64,000 nt of DNA from the human T2T-CHM13v2.0 reference genome, Homo sapiens, in NCBI RefSeq assembly GCF_009914755.1, contig NC_060942.1; one strand, written 5' to 3'. This document shows positions 28,136 through 42,373 of the stretch, one piece after another. The notes under the pieces were generated by a model that worked only from the letters and a program-made list of their open reading frames with translations, ran no database searches and was not told where the DNA came from. Every line of letters starts with the position of its first letter. Within the stretch, counting starts at the first letter, position 1. Position numbers and translations under genes: made by a program.

Positions 28136-28649
28136 TATTGATTTAATAAAGCAACATTTATACTAAGCATCATCATTTTTATGTGTACTTTACAAGAAAA
28201 AATGAAAAATTAAGAAAATATCACCCATAGTCCTTATACAATAATAAAAATGCTTTGTCCTATATTTTTCCTCCACCTTGTTAATTCACACCTGTGACTT
28301 CATCAGTACAAGCTGTCATATTTCCAAAATGTTTAAGATTTTTCTGTTTACACTCTTATCCTTTTTCCATGTGTCTCAGTTTCTATTCCTATAAACTAAA
28401 TTTTTGTTACCTTCACTAGACTTTCCAACCCTGAATTCTTTATTATTCACAAGGTTTCTTCCAGTATCACTTGGTTTTCTACCCTCATTGAGCCTTTATG
28501 GTTATGCTCAGTTTTTCTTTATATGAATACTTTTCACATAATCATAATCAGCAGATATTTATTGAACATCTGTAACATGTCAAGCACTCTACTTGATTCT
28601 GGGGATAAAGCTGTGAACCAGATAAAGTCTCTGCCCTTGGTAATCTTAT

Positions 28650-29225
28650 AGGTCTTATTTTTCTAGTTTCTTATTGTGGAAGCTGAGGTCATTGATTTGA
28701 GAATTTCTTTGTTTTGTAATATAGAGACATTTCTTCCTAAACACGTTCGTGCTATATATTTCTTCCTAATCACGTTTTGTTTTGATTTTCTTCAGTTAAA
28801 AAACACGTTCTAATTCCTGTTTGATTTCTTTTTTGATCTATGGGTTATTTTGAAGTGTGTTATATAGTTTCCAAATATTTGAGGATTTTCCAGGGATCTT
28901 TTTGCTGTTGATTTCCAATGTAATTGTTGTTAGAGAATACGTTCTTTATAACTTGAATCTTTTTAAATTAATTGAGATTATTTTATGCTCCAGAATATAG
29001 TCTATCTTAGTAAATGTTCCTTGTCCATTTGAGAAGAATGAGTATTCTATGAATGTGTCATCAAGTATTCTGTAAATGTTTATTGGGTCACATTGGTTGA
29101 TAGTGTTTTTAAGTCTGCTATATTCTCACTTATGTTCTGTTCACTTGTATCAGTTATTAAGAGAGCAGTATTGAAGTCTTTACCTGTAATTATGAATTTC
29201 TCTGTTTCTCCTTGAAGTTCTATTC
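28650..29225 (-). mobile_element. Old L1 ORF2 fragment
   Basis: T-rich antisense L1 (TTCTAGTTTCTT...TTGAGAAGAATG.GTATTCT...). Confidence 0.7.
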
Positions 29226-29953
29226 ATAGCCCTTAGGCAATTGCTGCAAACTTTCCAAAATGAGGCTGCCCTTGGTTATTTTGGAGGAGTTTCTTAGAGA
29301 GATAACAATCCATTGTTCATGCCCATCCTGAAAGCAGTTTTCCCTGCAATGGGAGTCACTCACATAGAAAAGGTGGTAGAGAATTTGTCCTTGACTTTAG
29401 CTGAAGTGATAACTCACACCATCTTTGCACTGCAAGGCATCCAGGTCACCAAGCAGGATGGTTATGAATGACAGAATTGCCCCATACTTCCTCTTTGCAT
29501 GCCAAGGCTGAGTCTGTGCTGATAGATTTTGCTGTATCTGGATTAATTCCTTGGGCCATAGAGAAAGTCAATACAGAAATTAAGAGAGAAATCCACCTGG
29601 CCTTCTGAGGAAGACCCTGGTGGTTTATGGGATTTGTACAGCTGTTTGGGTCTGGGCCCCTGGGGCCATGTTTGAGGTCAGCATTATGGAGTCCTAATGA
29701 TAGTCCTTAATTAAATTCTGTATGAGACAAACTGAAGAAATTTGGTTCCATCCTCTGCCAATAGATTATTCAGTTATGTCCTGGAAACATTCACCAGAAG
29801 TCAAAATGGTACAAAAATTAGAGATGGATAATATTGGGAGACAATTTTCCTCGGCTTTCTCATGCTTCTGCATGTCCTTTTTCACAGAGGCAAAGCCAGC
29901 AATTTTTTCTGGACTGTATTTTCAAGGATGTTTATATACCAAACAGCCTTGGC
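29226..29953 (+). mobile_element. Ancient ERV1 env TM remnant plus start of a 3' LTR (MER89/MER110-like, from ~29831)
   Basis: Degenerate ISD/CXnCC region (ATGAATGACAGAATTGCC...GTCTGTGCT...TGCTGTATCTGGATTAAT), then TATTGGGAGACAATT...TTTTCAAGGATGTTT...AACAGCCTTGG. Confidence 0.6.
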
Positions 29954-30469
29954 TCTTTCTCCAGCCTTGGGTAGCTTCCTCACATGTCTGTGCTAATCCA
30001 TACTCAGCTGATTACTCAAAAGAGACTCTCTGTTGACCTCCAGAGTTTGCTTTCTGTGCAGCTCCCATACTTCGCACTGAAAACTCTAGCTTCCTAGACT
30101 CTCAGCTCTGTCTCCTCAATTCAGGGAGACTACTGGCCTGTTCCTAGGTTCCCCTGCTCTGTACTGCAGCCTAGAAACCCTCTATCATCAAGAAGCTGGG
30201 GAAATCCTAGGACTTATCTTGTTCATTTCCCATCTTTTGGGGATCACTTTTCTTTGTTGCCTGATGTCCGATATGTTGTGAACTGTTATTTCGTATAACT
30301 TGCCTGGTGTTTTAGGCATTTCAAGTGGGAGGATAAATCTGGTTCCTATTACTTATTGGTCTTAATTTTAAGTGAAAATCTTAATTTTTAAAATTAATTT
30401 TGTATTATACAAATAGAGATATTCTCTTGGTTGCGTGTGCCCATGTAAGTATGTATTGTTTTCTACAGT

Positions 30470-31130
30470 TGTGGCAGGCAAGGTCTCACTAACTCAGGCC
30501 TCCATTACAACTGTCCCAGCACTGACTGAGTAGCAAGGTTAAACATTAAAAGCTAATTGAGCCCATGCCCTTATACAAAGGCTGGAATGTAACAAAGAGC
30601 CCACCAAGAGTTTTGCCTAGGCTTTTCCTGGGCCTTGAAGCATGACAAGATAACGAAGGAATTCTTAACCGGACCCTTTTAGGATTAAACAAGTTTTATT
30701 GTGAGTCTGAAGAAACTCCCCAGGCCTCCATAAACAAGTTTATTGGGGTCTAAAGGAACTCCCCAAACCTTTATGATTTAGCAGGAGACAAGATAAGGGT
30801 AGTCACCTCAGCACCTAGACCCATTTAGATTAAGTAAACTTAATGAGGCTCCACAGGAAGGTCTTCAGGACTCAGACCTTAGTTATAGATTAAAAGAAGT
30901 TAATCACTTATGTCTTTAGATAAATGCACACTTACACATAGACATATAGCTTAGAAGGTGTATAAGCTCTGGAAAACTTTGTAATTTTGAGTTTGTCTGG
31001 CAATAATTTCCAGGCCTTCTCCTTGTAACCAGTTGCAGAAAATAAAAACTCTCTTCCTCCCCAGTTCATTTGCATCTCGTTATTGGGCTGCAAGAAATAG
31101 CAGCCCAACGTTCAGTTTGGTCCAGGAACA
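30470..31130 (+). mobile_element. Solo LTR, MER4-family (MER4E-like), sense in intron 4
   Basis: TGTGGCAGGCAAGGTCTCACTAAC...TTCAGTTTGGTCCAGGAACA. TATAA ~30961, AATAAA 31041, near-TSD CAGT/GAGT. Confidence 0.82.
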
Positions 31131-31497
31131 GAGTGAACAATAATGAGAACGATTACAAGTTTGTCCTTGTTTGGATTTCTCTTTGTGGAGCAGAATACAA
31201 AGTGAAGATCAAGGGTTTTAGCACAGAACTCCCAAGATTTAGACTTACTGGCCAGGGTCAGCAGGTAGTATTTGGCCATGATAGCATGACAATAGTAGTG
31301 GTTTTGAAGTGAATATATTTTAACACTTCTTTAACTTTAGAACCAGATGGGATTAGCTCTAGCAATGGCTATAAGTTTTACCTAGAACACCCGAGTTTGT
31401 TGGGTGGTGATCTAAATGGGCAGTCATTTCCTATTAGTATATGCATACACAGCAATTGTTCTAAATTGGCCCATATTTTGCCATTTAATATTTTTAG

Positions 31498-31641
<144 letters not shown>

Positions 31642-31666
31642 TGAACTAGATTACGTCTGTTATGTG

Positions 31667-32023
31667 TGTATTAGTCTATTCTCATGCTGCTAATAAAGAC
31701 ATACTGGAGACTGGAAAATTTATAAAGGAAAGGTTTAGTGGATTCACAGTTCCACATGGCTGGAGAGGCCTCACAATCATGGCGGAAGATGAAGGAAAAG
31801 CAAAGGGACATCTTACTTGGCAGCAGGCAAGAGAGCATGCTCATGGGAACTCCCCTTTATAAAACCATCAGATCTCATGAGACTTATTCACCATCATGAA
31901 AACAGCACATGGAAGCCCCACCCCCATGATTCAGTGATCTCCCACCGGGTCCTTCCCACAACATGTGGGAATTATGGGAGCTACAATTCAAGATTCAGAT
32001 GGGGACACAGCCAAACCATATGA
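31667..32023 (-). mobile_element. THE1 LTR
   Basis: THE1 hallmark sequence; perfect 5-bp TSD ATGTG at 31662-31666 and 32024-32028. Confidence 0.93.
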
Positions 32024-32545
32024 ATGTGCATCTGTTCTTAATTTTAAGATATACAATTTTTAGAAAATAACTCTTAAAACTGACCCAATTAAGCAATCTC
32101 AAGCAAGCCCACAACAACATAAATGTCATTTCTTTACTTTGGGATTATATACAGAGGCCTGATGTTTCTTTAAAAAAATCAGTATGTAATACTTGATACT
32201 TAGGAATAAATGTAAGTTACAAAGCAGTATGATAAAATGAGCACAATACTGTTAAAACTGAGAAGCTATCCTGAATTTTTCTTGAAGTCTGACTGTTTTC
32301 TAAATATTTTATAGCAGGAAATAGACATTTGGGGGAAGAATTGGGTATTTCCATCCTTTTAATTGAAGAGATACCTTTTGAATGATTATATTTTTTCAGC
32401 TGTCATCAGGTATTACTTTATATAACAACTGCATTTTAAAGTATTTTCTTTAGCTTTGATAATCTCACATCAAGCATAGTTATAAATATCAAGCATGATT
32501 ATTTATGAGTTGTAATAACATGGCATATTCTATGAATTTTTTAAG

Positions 32546-32587
32546 GAAGAGATTTTCTTTCTCAGATGGGAAAACAAAGTGCTGTTG
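32546..32587 (+). CDS. C18orf63: C18orf63 exon 6: (G)[13 protein letters not shown]
   Basis: TTTTTTAAG| ... TTG|GTAAGT; 42 nt, phase 1-1. Confidence 0.88.
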
Positions 32588-32658
32588 GTAAGTAAAAATG
32601 CATAAGTCAATAGATAAAACAATATAATTCATAGTTGCTAAAGAAAACAGTATCATAT

Positions 32659-32946
32659 GCTGGGCACAGTGGCTCACGCCTGTAATCCCAACAGTTTGGG
32701 AGGCCAAGGTAGGTAGATTGTTTGAGCCCACAAGTTCAAGACCAGCCTGGGCAACATGGTAAGACCCCATCTCTACAAAATTATTAGCCAGGCACCACAC
32801 CTGTAGCCCCGTCTACTTGGGAGGCTGAAGTGGAGAGCCAGTTGAGCACAGGAGGTTGAGGCTGCAGTGAGCCATGATTGTGCCACTGCATTCCAGCCTG
32901 GGTGACAGAGCAAGACCCTATTTCAAAAAAAAAAAAAAAAAAAAAA
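32659..32946 (+). mobile_element. AluJ-like
   Basis: Diverged Alu with A tail; near-TSD AAAACAGTATCATA / AAACCAGTAACATA. Confidence 0.9.
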
Positions 32947-34359
32947 CCAGTAACATAGATCATTGGGTTGTATAATTATTGATTAATTAGGTTGTATAAG
33001 ACCTTAATCAGATATTATTGTAATCAGAATTTCACCTGGGAAATCACTTCTTATTCAAAATGTACATTCTAGACTGTATGAGAAAAATTCATCTTAATTG
33101 GAAAAAGCTATATTTTTATTCTCTCTACTTTAAAGAAAATCATGACTGTGAAGGAGTTTAATTCTGTAGGCATTTATAATGTATAGTTTCCAGAATCATA
33201 TCATCAAAAATTCTTTAGTACTGATGTAAGTCAAAACTTTATTTCTTATAAGAATAGGATTCATTTTCTCCTTAAAAAATTGGAAAAAGAGACACAGATG
33301 ATCTAAAGTATACAGTTTACTACATGGCCTAATCCAGTTCTTTCATTGATTTGCACAGTTGTGTTTCAGATAGACACTTTCCTAAACAGTAGTCCAGAGA
33401 TAGCAGATAGATGATAATCCTGAGTCACCACCGTAGACATTATTAATCAATCATGGTAGCTTTTCACATCATTTGGGCATAGCCTTAAAATCCTGACCTG
33501 TAATCTACAGCTATTAGATCTGGGTTGACTTTCCAGCTGAAGCCTGTTTGCTCTCCTTGCACTAGTTGTATGTTTAATTTGTGTAGTGTCAGTCAGTGTG
33601 CCCTACCTCTGGGTGTATGGTTCATTACCTACATCTAGTTTCATCTCCAAACACTGTCATGAGACTACAACTGTAGGGATTAAAAATAACAGTTTAGGAG
33701 AGGAAAATTCCTCACTCCTGTGTTAGGATTTGTTTTCTTTTACTTTTATTGAAATGTAATACACAAATTTTAAGTGTCTAGCTCATTGAATTTTAACAAA
33801 CTAAACATTCTTGTAACCATTTCTCAGATCAAGAAACAACATTAAGAGCACCCCAGAATCCCCCTCATGCTTTTTTCATGTACTAACCCTTCCCAAAGTC
33901 ACCACTATCCTGACATTTCAGAAGTAGTTTTCTTTATGAAAAAGAAAGGTAAAGACTTCAAGGCTCTAGGAGATTTGGAATATATCTGCCAGTATATTTG
34001 AGGATATTTGTTAGTAAAAGACTACTCAAGTCAGAAACATGGTGTGATACCTCTTTAGATTACAGAAGAGGACAATCTCCATATTTATATATATAATATA
34101 TGTCAGATTTGTGTAAGGTATTTGTTGGATTTTTCTCTTAACTGTGGGGTGTCTCATTTTTTTTATTCTAACCTTGCCTATGACCTGCACCCCCCACACA
34201 CATTCATGCTGTTTCATACCTTTGTCCTCTTTTAGATGTCTCATCTGTAAAGTGTCAAATATTAAGTGGTTATTATTTGAATTTTACCATGTGCGGAAAA
34301 AAATCTGTTCTTGTTTTTGACTTGAATAAGTTAGTTTCCTTTGTTACTAAAATACTTAA

Positions 34360-34575
<216 letters not shown>

Positions 34576-35025
34576 TAATTTTTAACATAAAGCGTGCTAG
34601 AAAGGTTTTTATTATCAAAATCTGTATTATTAAATGCTTGATATATTTATGTCATTCTAAATCTGCTTCCCCAAAGAAAATATTGTTCTGTCCATTTAAC
34701 ACAGGTCTTCATATTATTCCTTTGTTCAAAAACTTTGTTAAGATGGTATCCGAGACTCTCCACAACCTATCCTGTCTTAGCACCCACTTCTTGCCTCTTC
34801 TTTCACCTCCAAATATAAAAAGCATGATTTCAGCTCTTACTAAATTTAATATTAATTCCCCTGCCCTTGATATTCTGGTAGCATTTTTTTGCATCTATTT
34901 TTTACACATAACACTTTCTGTCTTCTTAGTAGAAGGATATGTCTTTTATTTTGTGGATTCCCATAGCACCTAGCATAGAACCTTACACACTAGTGTCACT
35001 CAATGTTATTGTCTTTCCTCTAGGC

Positions 35026-35278
35026 CAGTAGTTCTCAATGGAAGCGGTTGAGGGCAGGGAAATGAATGATTGGCTCCTTATGAGAAATTTGGCAATGTCT
35101 AGAGACAATTTTGGTTATCACAGTGGAGGAAGGATGGTGTTGCTACTGACATCTAGTGGGTAGAGGCCAGAGAAGGGATGCTAATGAATATCTTCCCCTG
35201 CACAGGACAGCCATCTTATCCCCACCCACAGAATTATCCAGCCCAAAGTGTCAATAGTGTGGAGGTTGAGAAACCCCA
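35026..35278 (+). mobile_element. MER20 (hAT-Charlie)
   Basis: CAGTAGTTCTCAA...TTTGGCAATGTCTAGAGACAATTTTGGTT...GAGGTTGAGAAACCC. Confidence 0.85.
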
Positions 35279-35639
35279 GGCATAGAACAAATGATGCTTT
35301 CTTTGCTTAGAATGCCCCTCTGATTGGCTATACGTGTCCTGCTCATCATTTAAGGGCCAACTCAAATGCTACTCCTCTATTCATTTATTTCCATTTAATT
35401 CTTTGATTACCTCTTATGTGGATAAGTAACAAAGGACAATGGATAAGTTCAAGATGAATAGGATCTACTTTTCTGCCCTGGAGAATCACTTAAGCCAGTA
35501 GGGAAGATGACCTGCATATAAATAACTGGAATGGGTAACATGACATGTATATCTTGGACTGATGAGGAACCTTCCCAAGGTTCCAAACCGTGTGTGATCT
35601 CCCACCCTCATTTAAACCCTCATACTCTCCTGTACCAAA

Positions 35640-36358
<719 letters not shown>

Positions 36359-36916
36359 GTTTATACTCACATGCTTATTTCTATTTTTATACCTCTGATT
36401 TCCTTATAAGAAGCATCATGAAGACTAATATTGTGGCTTATTCAACTTTGAATTTTCTACAGATGATACTTCTGTGTTCTACACCTCAGTTTGAACCAAT
36501 TTAGAGATTGACAGAGGAGTAAGACATAAATAGAGATCAGAATGTCACTTGTATTACTTGGGTGAGATTATAATTTATCCTCAAAATAGGATGCTTCTGA
36601 GAGTGAAAGTGGCACTAACCTGATGAGATACTGGCCCAACATGCATGAACTGGGATATATAGTCATGCTGTTCATTACTGGAAAGGAAAAACAGCTCTTG
36701 GAGGACATGGTTTATCTGAACCTTAGAATTAGGCAGACTTACCCACCCACTTATTGCAGTAGTGGAAAAACCTTAGGCCTCCCTTGGGAGACCAGGCACT
36801 CGTTCTGATATGACAAACAGAATGCAGAACACCACTCTCTGCCAGCAGGCCAACTCCCAAGAGGAAGGGGAGGAGGTGAGCCAGCATGCCTGGTTATTCA
36901 TCCCAATTTTACCATC

Positions 36917-37286
36917 TGTATTAGTCCATTCTCATGCTGCTCTGAAGAAATACCTAAGACTAGATAATTTATAAAGGAAAGAGGTTTAATTGACTCACAG
37001 TTCCTCATGACTGGGAAGGCCTTAGGAAATTTACAGTCATGGTGGAAGGGGAAGCAAGCATGTCCTTCTTCACAAGGTGGCAGGAGAGAAAAGTGCAGAG
37101 CAAAGGGGGAAAGGCCCTTTATAAAACCATCAGATCTCGTGAGAACACACTATCACAAGAACTGCATGAGGGTAACTGCCCCCATGAGTAAATTACCTCC
37201 CACTGGGTCCCTCCCACAACATGTGGGGATTATGGAAACTGCAGTTCAAGATGAGATTTGGGTGGCAGTGCAGCCAAACCATATCA
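36917..37286 (-). mobile_element. THE1 LTR
   Basis: TGTATTAGTCC...CAAACCATATCA; perfect TSD CCATC. Confidence 0.93.
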
Positions 37287-37688
37287 CCATCCATATGCCC
37301 TAGGGAGGAATGAATGACAGAGCAGAATGATTCCAGGAATATGTGTTAGTAGAGCTTTCTGGGCATGGAAGGAAACACCAAAAATTGGGCAATAACATTC
37401 CTCTCCTCTATTCAACATTATACACTCAACATGTACTTGTTAAATTAAATCAATTCTCTAAATTATGATTGTTCATCAGCTTCTCTGAATCTCACTTTTA
37501 CTTATGTTTTTGATATGGTGTCTTACACATTCTGACTGCTACAAAAATTAGTTTCATATATACCTATGTTCCCACTAAATTGTAAAATTTTTGAGATTCT
37601 AGGTCCTGTGTTATTCATTTTTATTCCCCATGGAGCCTAAAAGATAATTGCATTTAATTTTCCTTTTATTAAAATCTGGCATTGGTTA

Positions 37689-38178
37689 TGTTAACCAAAA
37701 AGTGACTGAGGCAGATCTCAGTTGACTCAGGTTTATTTTGCCAAGGTTGATGACATGCCCAGGGAAAAGAAATACAAGTTACAATAGGATCTGTGCCCCA
37801 TGCTTTTTCCAAACAGGGTTTTGAGGACTTCAGTATTTAAAGGGGAAAGAACAAGCAGAAGGGGAAAGAGGAAGGGGAGAAAAGAGGAGGAGGGTAGGCA
37901 ATGAGGCAAATGGTTACATTCTTGTGAGGCTTTGATTACAGCTGAGTGAATCTACATTATACACATGAAAAGGGGTAGCAGAAAAGTCAATTATGCATTT
38001 CTCTCACTCAGTAAATCTACATTTACAGTAATAAACTGAAACTAAGCTGTCTGGGAATGAAAGGAAGGCAGGGGTTTTTTGTTTGTTTTTTGTTTTTGTG
38101 TGATTCAGTTACCAAGCTTAATGTTCCCTTTGGCATAGTGAGTTTGGGGTTCTGAGATTCTGGTTTTTTTCTTTCATA
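37689..38178 (-). mobile_element. MER4-group solo LTR
   Basis: GTTTATTTTGCCAAGGTTGA.GACATGCCC...CCCTTTGGCATAGTGAGTTTGGGGTT.TGAGATT...CTTTCA. Confidence 0.72.
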
Positions 38179-41100
38179 GTTATTAGGTCAGGTTGTGGGG
38201 AGGGGAGAAATAAGGATGAAGAGGTGAGAAGGAGGATGTTTCTGGTTTCTCTTCCCTCCAGTTTATTTTGTTTGCTTTCATTTCCCCTTTCAAAAATCTA
38301 CCATGGCCTCCATTGACTATAAGATGAAATCTCAGCTGTTTACTATGATATACAAGGTCTTCAGCAAACTGATCCAAACCAATCTTACTTATAGCCTCAT
38401 CTCCCATTACTGCTCTCCAAGTAGCCAGACTATGAATTGTTTCTCAAAGATAGTATGGTCTTTCATCCTTCCATGTCTTTGATCTCACAGTTGTCTAAGC
38501 CTGTAATTCCCTTTCTTCTGCTCATCTTTCAAGGCTTATCTCAGACATCACCCCTTTGAAGAATTCCCCAGCTCCTAAGTCTCATCTCTCTTGGTGCTCT
38601 CTACCTTGTTTATCACATATTATCTATGCAAATGTCTCATTCAACTGAGAAGTCCTAGAGGGAAGGTCTGTGTCTTATTAATCTTTCTATCATAGGAGCC
38701 TACTCTAGTGCCTGTCACTCACTTTAGTAAAGATTTATGGAATGAATGGAGCATTGACTGGAGTGAAAGACTAATTTATTTTTTGAACTAGGTGACTTTT
38801 GTTTCTAAATTCTTTTTTAATTCCTCTGGGCTAGAGATGGGAGTAGTTTTCTAAATCCTGACCTTTGACCCTATTTAGACAAATTTTGAAGCAGTTTATT
38901 ATAATTCATTATGAAAAATGGGATTTCAGCCCTTATCTTTACAATTTAAATAGAGATAAAAAAATTTAAGAGGTAATTGAAACAGTAATTTACTCATTTC
39001 TCAAATTTTGGACTGTGCTAAACTTTAAAATAATGCTTTCCTGGAAGTAATTAAATGTTTCTTAAAGGAATTTATATGCACAAGTTGCCATTTTACTGTT
39101 TGGTGCATTGAGATTATAATTGAATCCACAGTTACATGAGGGATATATTTCAGAAAAGCATTATGTAATATTAAACTGTTTGCTTTGAAATTTAATTATA
39201 TGGAAAATTTGGGAAATGAGTGCCTCGAAACAAATTTCTATTTATTTCGTAGATGGATATTTACTGGGTACTACTATGTATATATGCCAAGTGCTGATGG
39301 AAAACACCTTTTCCTCCCAGAATGTTTTATCTAGGTCAGAAGAAAGAAGAGCATGCACACATAAAACTTACCAGAAGAAGGGAACATTTACTGAGTACTG
39401 GTTAATATTCACATACCCAGAAAATTCAGTGTAGGCCTAGAATCACATTAAAATTCTCAGATCGGCACTTACTGGCAGTGCCTCTTTGGCATGTTAGTTA
39501 ATCTCGCAGAATCTCCATTTTTCTTATAAATTGGAGATAATGATATCCCTTCTAGGGTTGTAAGGAGGTTATGGTGTAAAGTACATTAAGGGCCTAGCAT
39601 AGTACCTGGCAGTAGAGGTTAAAAAATGATAGCTATTGTTATTATTTTATAAATAAGTAAATTAAGACACAAAGCAGTTAAGTAAGTTGCTCTGGATCAT
39701 AAAGGTAGTAAGAGATTCAGGATCTGAGTTTGTCCTTCAACTCTGTCCTTTCTGCTGTACCATGCTTCCTTCACCTAGCCTTAGGTTTTTTGGTTCAAAT
39801 TTGTATGTCCCATAGAGCCTTACAGAAATAGAAACCTAATATATGTTAAATAAAAATACATTAAAAAACAATGTTTGTTAATGGAGTATCAAAATTTGTG
39901 TTATAGGAACTATGTTACTTGAGGAATTAAGAGAAAAAGAAAATGTCTGAGGGAATCATATGTGAAATCTTTGAAACACTTATAATATTTTTCACACTTT
40001 TCTTCTTGAAATAATCTCCTCTCTTGATTTATCTGAAACTGATTTTTCTAGAATCTCCTGGAATTCATTTATCTTCATTCATTTATCATTTTAAATGTTG
40101 CTGTTTCTTAGGGTTCCATTTTCAGCCCTCTTTTCCTTAGCAGGCTTACCCATTTCAGTAGCTTCAGCCTATACACCAGTACCTCCCAAATATTCTTGTA
40201 TAGTTGTAACTTTTCTGTCATCTCTTGGATACTTTCAAATGAATGTACTAATGGCAGTCAGACCCAATTATGTCTAAAACTGAATGTATTTATGTGTCAC
40301 CTTCCTCAACCCCAAATCTGTTCCCCCTGTGTAATTATTCTTTTCATTAGTGGCATCAGCAGTCAATAATTTACCTACCTAAAGACTTCAGAGTTATCCT
40401 TGGCTTTCCCTCTTTCTCACTTTCTCTTTCCAGTTAGTCTTTAATAGCCTACTGTGGTCTCTGAAATGGACTCCTCTCTGCCTCCATTTATGTTGCTCTA
40501 ATTCAGACTCTCTTTTTTTACTTGAACTATTAAACCAGTCTCCATATGGGCCTGTTTCCAGCCTTTCTCCTTCAAGTTTATTATCTAATTTTTCCTTACA
40601 ATGTCAACAGAGTTCACTTTCTAAAACAAAGGTCCCCAGCCTAAATATCTTTAGTATTCCAACATTGCCTAGAGAAAATTAAGTCTAAATTGTTCAGATT
40701 GGCGTTATAAGGAGAAAATAATATTTATTGAATACCTGCTTTTCAGTATGGTTTTGGTCATCATATAAGGGCACTTTATAAATATTTGCTAAATAAAGAA
40801 ATACAAAGGGTTAGCATTCGCAGTCTCTTGGAGTATATGGTGAACAGCTGGGTGGTTTGCCAGTCTTTAATCTGTGTTGAGAAAGACCAATGTAAACAAT
40901 AAGTACTGGTACTTACTGAGGTCCCTGCAGCAATCGACTTGAGTCTCTGAATACTGTAGAAAGTACCCAGAGGATGTATACTCAAGCTATATAAGTAGGT
41001 GTATGTGGGAACCCATAAACTTTAAACATTTGAACCTGATACCTACCTTCTGTGAATTCAATTTTAAGTTCTGTTTTCTCTCAGTTTAGTCCTCCCTCTG

Positions 41101-42259
41101 CAACCAGTCTTTTCTGACATTCATAACCATGCCTCCTCTAACCATGTTTTTATCACACATTTCAGGCAACTGATCTCTTAAGCACAGTACATCACAGTGC
41201 AAGATTTATCTCTTGTGCACAGGAAAATATGTGTCCTTATTCATTCTGCGTGTCCTTGCTCTTTTACCTCACAACGTAACTAGCATATCTTATCTTCCTC
41301 TTCCTGCATTCATGTTTTCTGCTCTTCCCTGCTCCTCCATTTCCATTAGTCTTAATGAATGACATAGGAACTCAGAGAAGGATCAGTCACTGGACATGGA
41401 GAAGATGGGTCTAGATCCAGGCATTAGGACCTTATTGGTAGGAGTCCAGGCAATAAAAAGTTGTCCAGTTTAGTTGGACTTCCTTGAAAAGTAGTAGGCA
41501 GCGAAGTTAGAACATTGTTTCCCAAAAGATGTTAGGTGGTTGGTTAAGAATGGGGTGAGGGTTTATGAATCATTCTGTCTAATGTTAATATAGTGTCCTT
41601 TCACCCATTAATACTTTATTTTTTCACCCTCCTTGAGGTCTCTTTATATCTTTGGCTAACTGGAACAGTGCCTCTCAGGGAGATTTTCCAGGGTAAGAGA
41701 GCTGTAATTGGCAAACTCTTGTAGGTTAAATACAAGCCAAAATGCCCTACAGGGAGGACACTTGAGGAACAGGGAAGAAAGTGTTCTAGGAAGCTGGGAG
41801 GGGTATAAAAGGAGACTGGAGCATTGGCTCTGTCTTTTCTCCTCCAAAAGACCAGATGGAGGTATAATTCCCTTACTCATCCTCCATTTAAAAAAACAAT
41901 TGAGGTTAAAAGCTATTATTTTAAAATATGAACACCTTCCTTTGGAAGAGATTCAACTTCCTGCAAATTAACATAATTAAAAAAAACACCTGAAAACCAA
42001 CTAAAATCACTGCAAAATAGGAGTTTGGGCTTGGATGGTAAGAGGGAAAGCATGAAATACTTCATATATTGTATAAAGGAGAAGCAGGGTGAGCTGCAAC
42101 TTTGACTACTTATGTAAAGTGGTTATGCATGATTCAATGTAACTTAAGTCTTTAAATCTACTTTATAACCTACTGTGTGTGTGTAACAAATATGTATCTT
42201 TTAAAATGTTTCCTTTTTTGCCAAATGATTTGAGGACTTACAAATCTTATTTCTATTAA

Positions 42260-42373
<114 letters not shown>

